This document shows, piece by piece, positions 25,001-29,566 of a stretch of DNA of 29,566 bases; within the stretch, counting starts at the first letter, position 1, and each line of letters begins with the position of its first letter. This DNA comes from a virus (Duplodnaviria > Caudoviricetes). Made by a program: the position numbers and the translations under genes. The stretch is taken from the IMG/VR virus record IMGVR_UViG_3300032216_000223, positions 1 to 29,566 of that record; one strand, given 5' to 3'. Below the pieces are notes generated by a model. It saw only the letters and a list, made by a program, of their open reading frames with translations. It was not told the DNA's origin and did no database searches.

Positions 25001-27099
25001 CCAAGAATATCCTTGGCTGGTGCTGTCATGAGGAACATCATTGCTTCATCAATAGTAGAACGAATACCTAGACGTGGTAGTAGGGTCAAGAGAGACCATG
25101 TATCTACCAGTTTCTTAGAGAAAGGACCATTAGCAGCACCCATGGCAGCATTCAATAGGTTTCTTTTAGACTTCATATCTAATACTGCTTCTGAAATCTT
25201 ATCGTAAGGCAGTGCACCAATTCTATATGCTGAATGGTAAGGCTGAATTGAATGTTCGCCTGCAAGGGTAGGTACACCTTGAAGGTTTTTCATGCTTGTA
25301 GCCTCAAGATGAGGAGCCAAAACTTCCGGTACGGCTGTATCTACCATGGTAGCAAAGCCACCTGTGGTACCAAACTTAGTTTGCAAGATCTCATTCATCA
25401 ATGTAGTACCTGATGGTGATGCATGTAAGCCAAACTTGTACATGATTCCTGCATAAAGGTTACGAACAATGATTACTTGCTCATCAGGAGTAGAATCAAG
25501 AAACTTCTGAGTCATGAAATCAGCCATATCACGTGGCATTAACTGACGAGCAACGGTAGTAAAGGTACTTGCAGTCTGTGCTGCGTCTTTACCAATCTTA
25601 ATTTCAGCACCAGCAGGTGAACGAGAAGCCTGTTGACCTATCCAATAACCAAAACGCTTTAATTTACTGATCTCACCAGTAGCTGCATCAATGGTATCAA
25701 CAAGTCCTTTGCTCTGACCTTGAAGCTTGTCGAGCGTGTCTCCTGTTTTTATAGCAGCATTGTAGATTTCTTCGCCTTTAGCCTGCAGTGTCTCTACATC
25801 TCGTCCTACTGTTTTAAGAGCACCAAGTGTTTTGGATGTAGTTGGGTTAAATATGCTGTCCATAAATGACATGATGCCATCTGTATAGTTACGGTGAGCC
25901 TTAGCAACTGCTACTCCGTTACGTGCATAGGTAACACCTTCTACGCGACCAGCCAACATAAGGTGTACGTTCTCAGCCTGTGAGAAGTATTCCTGTGCTG
26001 ACTTGGCATCATAAACTTCTGCTTTAGCAAGGCGTTTAATAATGTCACGGTTGGCATAGCCGGGAACGTCTTGGGTAATCTGACGATAGACCTGTGACTT
26101 TTCAGCTGTTGTCGATGCTTCTGAAAATTTCTTAAGTGATGGACCAAGAGTATCTTGCCATAGGCTATAGACACGTGGCTCTTCAAATGCTTTAGCCACA
26201 CCAACTGGTAGTCCGCCATGGGTTTCTGCTGAATCTTTAATGGTCTGAGCTAAACGCTCACCCATAGTAGCAGCTTTGTCTCCACCACCTGTTAGCCAAG
26301 TAAGTGGATCAATAACAATTTGATAGATAGCATCAAACAAACCTGAAACATTCTTACGGGTACCGTTAATAAGGTCACCGTGGACTCCACCGTTAGTAAC
26401 AATCTTGTCATCAGTCATACGGGTTATGTCACGACCCGGACTTACCTGAGCATACTTAACGTAGTCTAGTGTAGGTCTAAAATCATTTGGCTTGTTGTAG
26501 GCTTTTTGAATAGATTCAAGAATACCTTGATCAACTTTTCCATGAGCTTGAACAATCTCACCGGGTGTCTTACCCGCTAGCAAACCTTTGGCTACTTCTA
26601 CATCAGATGAACCATAAATCTGTACTGCTTTATCAAGAGCGCCGTTATCATAAACTGAGTTGCCGTCCCAAGCAGCCTTCCAAATCTTTGAATTAAATAC
26701 ACTACCGTCACCTTGAGCGACTTCACGGGCTACCAAGTATGGCGCATTGATGGCGCGGTTATAAGCGCCTGCTACTTTGAAAATACCAATGATAGGGCTG
26801 GCTGCTACAGTGCCTGCCCATTTAAGGGCACCCATAATCTTCTGACCTTCAGATGCTGGACCCTGCATGTAGGGAGCATTCTTAAACATAAACTTAAGAC
26901 CCTCTTGAATTTGTGGGTCCAACTTGGCATAAGCATCATGCCCTAAATTAGTATCCATAGCCATGAGCTTCTTATGCTGGTCAAGGGCATAGCTCATCTG
27001 TTCAACTTGGTTTACGCTCTGGTTAGATAGGTTTGCGTTCTTAGCAGCAGCGTAGATGTTGGGAGATGCTTGAGCAACAATCGGATCTACTTGTTGCAT
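22006..27099 (-). CDS. large probable internal virion (ejection) protein
   Basis: 1697 aa, largely helical, DPLTWL motif. Size and position resemble podovirus ejectosome proteins. No catalytic motif recognised. Confidence 0.55.
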   Translation of the reverse strand: MQQVDPIVAQASPNIYAAAKNANLSNQSVNQVEQMSYALDQHKKLMAMDTNLGHDAYAKLDPQIQEGLKFMFKNAPYMQGPASEGQKIMGALKWAGTVAASPIIGIFKVAGAYNRAINAPYLVAREVAQGDGSVFNSKIWKAAWDGNSVYDNGALDKAVQIYGSSDVEVAKGLLAGKTPGEIVQAHGKVDQGILESIQKAYNKPNDFRPTLDYVKYAQVSPGRDITRMTDDKIVTNGGVHGDLINGTRKNVSGLFDAIYQIVIDPLTWLTGGGDKAATMGERLAQTIKDSAETHGGLPVGVAKAFEEPRVYSLWQDTLGPSLKKFSEASTTAEKSQVYRQITQDVPGYANRDIIKRLAKAEVYDAKSAQEYFSQAENVHLMLAGRVEGVTYARNGVAVAKAHRNYTDGIMSFMDSIFNPTTSKTLGALKTVGRDVETLQAKGEEIYNAAIKTGDTLDKLQGQSKGLVDTIDAATGEISKLKRFGYWIGQQASRSPAGAEIKIGKDAAQTASTFTTVARQLMPRDMADFMTQKFLDSTPDEQVIIVRNLYAGIMYKFGLHASPSGTTLMNEILQTKFGTTGGFATMVDTAVPEVLAPHLEATSMKNLQGVPTLAGEHSIQPYHSAYRIGALPYDKISEAVLDMKSKRNLLNAAMGAANGPFSKKLVDTWSLLTLLPRLGIRSTIDEAMMFLMTAPAKDILGYARREGTRMGRMSTAFTGSPEASGPLRAGIQKVFRRNALHEAVPFEKRQQLLEDYAKAHGIEDPTLLRDLQKREAIFQYVDSIYGKRLNAESRGYLFQGLVHHPDMLNALAESLVGRSGLSGKIEPELHKAMVDVTNLTKALEEFELKTGGATYSVSTKDLQNISESHLALAHFDKWVRAFAGNKVKLTERRILNPAHVFFSNKALETTEDAEKAMDQLSMAVGLEKTSTGWIVKDQAAIDELKGMSARSFELASQGIDDATIARDQIGRMLTDMYTTFHGSHEGYNEQLFNAVKNIHAKQLRDSKDLIKPSWNDAAGGVDFNNFMNWTTKHRPQGMINTGIEFPGLKDPESLFRKYGNTWMSWMDRQINSIYRQPALMVTYTELRKSYAPIERQFAADTYKAMVKADPERYASPKAAEILNEQVRAIAEKRFTEIGMQEAANTILKYADNPAVRSNFSYGVRTVGRYYRATEDFQRRIYRLKEVPLRVLYRMRLAHLGLSASGSIFTDAQNNEYVNIPMDNILFKATDTTLRALTGKDVGYHQPMFNNLTMKLNMVNPSFQQDAGLPMLSGPIAGLSVIAMKNLLGYSHNPDLIKAGNAASAIGLGNFGTNTNLQKALMPTSLQRAWDMLPMNEKSRQEVTAGMQALAYNAANGVSPLTANSTDKEKAEYLKNVRVSAHNIIFMRNLLGFISPATPTLVESQGVPDYLQRVGVTGLRTEFFDLLNAITAKTNGDVQDPYEMALVAFIGKNPGKLVYTVSRDSKATRVIVKNTQALNNWAVENNGLISTYGEVAYIFAPQVGQYNASSFNYLQAAGLVTNKSLETYYNDLLVAQDKQAYYDIATNEKAAILATSSIAQRQQIIAEATAARDGLMQSNPLLKSAIIGAGSNIGTETKLLSNLDQLVNDPSANIPPATRTRMALAIKMIKDFMAFAQDPALKSLSNSAELKAERRQQIEANLTDLMNGDLAVAEADRAIFKSILKSLSRDTYVAVKQAF

Positions 27100-27533
27100 T
27101 AAACATTACCAGAATTAAGCATTTGATTATAAATCATCTCTGTATCCCCTGATGGGTCAAAGTTAACTAAATGACGAAGTGTGTCTATAATCGTAGGAGC
27201 CTTATTAGGAAGCTGCATAGCCTCTGTGCCGGGTCCGGGACCCATGTTAATACCAGAAGTTATTGGCTCGTTAGGACGCATTGTAGGGGCAGATAGGGGT
27301 ACTGGAGCAGGCATGCTAGGAACTGGATTACCAGCCAAAGCAGCAGCTTGCTGGTTAGCCATGTTCTCTCCACCTTTGCCATACCCAAGACCGGGCATGT
27401 ACTTAGGTCCTTGAGTTTGAGCAGGTTGCATTCCATCGATGGCTCCGCCATCTGTACGTTCTGAAAGAGATCCCGGTCCTGAAACTGGAGCAGGATTACT
27501 TGGTTGGCGGTATCCGCCTCTTGCATCTGCCAT
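27099..27533 (-). CDS. Pro/Gly-rich hypothetical virion protein
   Basis: RGGYRQPSNPAPVSGPGSLSERTDGG...PT.RPNEPITSG...GPGPG. TAATG coupled. Confidence 0.65.
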   Translation of the reverse strand: MADARGGYRQPSNPAPVSGPGSLSERTDGGAIDGMQPAQTQGPKYMPGLGYGKGGENMANQQAAALAGNPVPSMPAPVPLSAPTMRPNEPITSGINMGPGPGTEAMQLPNKAPTIIDTLRHLVNFDPSGDTEMIYNQMLNSGNV

Positions 27534-27772
27534 TAGTCTTCGTCCTCATCTAATAAATTCTGAATGTCTTTTTCAGTAGGAGCTTTATAGCTCACCCAAT
27601 CAGGGAAAGATTCTTTTGTAGCAACAAGCCATAGTGCATCGTCGTTATTAAAACCTGCTTTACGCAAAGCTTTCTTGTATTCATGTAACCAAATACAGTA
27701 CATCTCAAGCGGGCTGTAAGATTCATCGGCAACTGTCCTAGGTTTTGCTATTCTTTTTCTTGGGGTTGCCAT
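27533..27772 (-). CDS. hypothetical protein
   Basis: 79 aa with an AGGAG RBS, basic N-terminus and acidic C-terminus. Confidence 0.65.
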   Translation of the reverse strand: MATPRKRIAKPRTVADESYSPLEMYCIWLHEYKKALRKAGFNNDDALWLVATKESFPDWVSYKAPTEKDIQNLLDEDED

Positions 27773-27780
27773 GATTACTC

Positions 27781-29565
27781 CTATCCGACTACGCGACGAT
27801 TAACGGTTCTTACGCTTGCATTGCCTCTTCCACTTACATTGAGACTACTTAAAAGACTCTGTAGTTCTGGTCGTGGACTTACTATTCCAGCCCCACGTTC
27901 TGGAGCTGGTGGTTGACCGGGTCCACCCATAGGTGAAGGAGCGCCTCCTACTGGAGCTCCGGGAGCAGAGGGGACGGGTTGCTCAACCGATTGTTGAGCC
28001 CCAGCAGGAGGATTCTCAGTTATGAAGATGTCTTGAATAGCATCTTCAAGCACTCTTCCTTTTTGACGCGCTTTAATTACTTGCGCGACTCTCTTGATAA
28101 TCTCTGATGGATCTTGTCCCTGTGCTGCCATTTGTGGAATGGCTTGTGTGTAAGCCTGAAGAGCACCCATTAGGGATGAGCGTAGATCTTCAGTTTCAAT
28201 CTTTTCTTGTTCTAATGTTACGTTGACATTGAAAGGCATTTCTCTCATTGCCATGTCCTTGGAGATTAGTTTTCCGCCAAGGGCTTGAAGCATAAAGATT
28301 AATCCCTGCGCCGGGTTGAGACCAGCCAGCATGCCGTACCGCACGTCCGCCGAGTAATCGCCTTTAATATCCTTCGATGGCGTATAGGTGATGGCATAAG
28401 GAGAACCTGCATCGGTACCACGAATAGTTTTCTCGACATTGAATATCTTCTCATCTACTTCGAAGCAAAGCGAAATAACGTCCCGCAATGCTGTTGTAAA
28501 TATTGATTGTGCAGATTTGATCTGGCTGTCGAAGGCGCCCATTAGGGCTTCAACTCCGGCACCAGTTACGATAGAAGCCTTCATGTTTCCTGTACGTGAT
28601 TCTGGGTAACGAGCACCTACACGTAATTCATCATTAAGGATTTGTTGTTCATTGAATGCACCCTGTGGGATTTCCAAAGCCACGCGGCGTACGCCTTGTG
28701 GGTTGGCTGTGCGGATAACCGCATCTCCACCAAGCTGCAATTCTTGTACATCGTTAGGTAGAACGATTGGTGCTTGAACGGACTTCTCTGCGGCTTCCAT
28801 AGCCATCAGAGCAAATCGGTTGCGCAGCAACTGAATGCCTAGCACATCATCGAACTGCCCACGTAGCTCACCATCTGGGCTTGGACGCTTTGCAATGACA
28901 ACCATCATCTTACCCAGTGGGTTAGGTGCTTGGCTGAGTACAAAGTTCGTACGAGATGGTAAGTAAATAACGCTTTGATCTTTGTCGTAATAGCGGATCA
29001 TTTCGATCATGCCATTAAGGTCTTGCTTGTACCCCTCAGGTCCAAGGATCTGGCGTTCGTAATCAGGGAACTGTGCGACCAGTTCTCCTAGCGTCATTGA
29101 GTAACGCTTGACAAAGGCTATGCAACGTCCGTAGCGATCAAATTCCGGATAAGCTCCGACTGGATTTTCTAGGCGTATGCGTGGCAGCTTTGCTTCCTCG
29201 TCCAGTTCAATAATGAAAGGGAGGAATCCATATGTAACGAACATGTCCGCACCATTGAACATGTTAACTTCCAGCTCAGAAAGACGGAAGTAGTTAGACG
29301 CAATGCGGGTACGCTTATCTGCAAAGATACGAGCACGGTCTGAGGTTTGGTTTACAGCCGAGCAGTTAATAGCCGGCAGTGGTGCAATCATTTCCGCAAG
29401 GTCACGTGCGACAACGTCAATAAAGTTGGCGACTACGTTCTGGTCAATACCATCTGGGAAGAAGTTAGGGTAGACCTGTGAGATCTTGCCCTGACGTACC
29501 ATCTGGACGTCACCATTACGCATGTCACGAGAGGTATTGCGATAACGCAACGCCTGTACACGTGA
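27781..29565 (-). CDS. portal protein (5' end truncated by the window edge)
   Basis: More than 589 aa, first gene of the head module, with a Pro/Gly/Gln-rich C-terminal tail. The frame stays open to the window edge (SRVQALRYRN...), so the TTG at 29550 is probably not the start. Confidence 0.75.
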   Translation of the reverse strand, partial: SRVQALRYRNTSRDMRNGDVQMVRQGKISQVYPNFFPDGIDQNVVANFIDVVARDLAEMIAPLPAINCSAVNQTSDRARIFADKRTRIASNYFRLSELEVNMFNGADMFVTYGFLPFIIELDEEAKLPRIRLENPVGAYPEFDRYGRCIAFVKRYSMTLGELVAQFPDYERQILGPEGYKQDLNGMIEMIRYYDKDQSVIYLPSRTNFVLSQAPNPLGKMMVVIAKRPSPDGELRGQFDDVLGIQLLRNRFALMAMEAAEKSVQAPIVLPNDVQELQLGGDAVIRTANPQGVRRVALEIPQGAFNEQQILNDELRVGARYPESRTGNMKASIVTGAGVEALMGAFDSQIKSAQSIFTTALRDVISLCFEVDEKIFNVEKTIRGTDAGSPYAITYTPSKDIKGDYSADVRYGMLAGLNPAQGLIFMLQALGGKLISKDMAMREMPFNVNVTLEQEKIETEDLRSSLMGALQAYTQAIPQMAAQGQDPSEIIKRVAQVIKARQKGRVLEDAIQDIFITENPPAGAQQSVEQPVPSAPGAPVGGAPSPMGGPGQPPAPERGAGIVSPRPELQSLLSSLNVSGRGNASVRTVNRRVVG

Positions 29566-29566
29566 T

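Noticed and set aside
22006-27099. Virion RNA polymerase or tape measure identity for the 1697-aa protein
   Set aside because: No DxDGD/DFDGD or single-subunit RNAP motifs were seen, and there is no tape-measure-type periodic aromatic repeat or upstream tail tube and chaperone genes.

Overview
A 29.6-kb segment of a tailed dsDNA phage, most likely a podovirus-type phage of Actinobacteria. WhiB, a split primase and a mycobacteriophage-like sigma factor point to that host group, and the moderate GC content suggests freshwater acI-like hosts. Two arms converge near 4.77-4.92 kb. The + strand arm (1-4764) carries the end of a DnaB-like helicase, a Holliday junction resolvase, a two-ORF primase, Nmad1/DUF1599, a metallophosphoesterase, a sigma-like factor, a glycosyltransferase, several tiny Cys-rich ORFs and WhiB. 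The - strand arm (29566-4927) carries the portal, three large probable ejection proteins, scaffold, major capsid protein, a run of very basic mini-proteins, an adaptor, a long tail fibre, an AT-rich cassette of paralogous fibre-tip-like genes with chaperones, a nozzle-like protein and a lysis cassette. The main observations are: (1) a fibre motif apparently split between the fibre C-terminus and the first tip protein, followed by four paralogous tips, suggesting a plug-in receptor-binding system; (2) restriction-site avoidance (GGCC, CCWGG) that switches pattern across that cassette (no AGCT or GATC, and the only CCWGG sites); (3) a candidate pseudoknotted leader RNA upstream of the scaffold gene; (4) seven short coupled ORFs absent from the ORF track. 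All calls come from reading motifs by eye, and site counts are manual scans that need computational confirmation.
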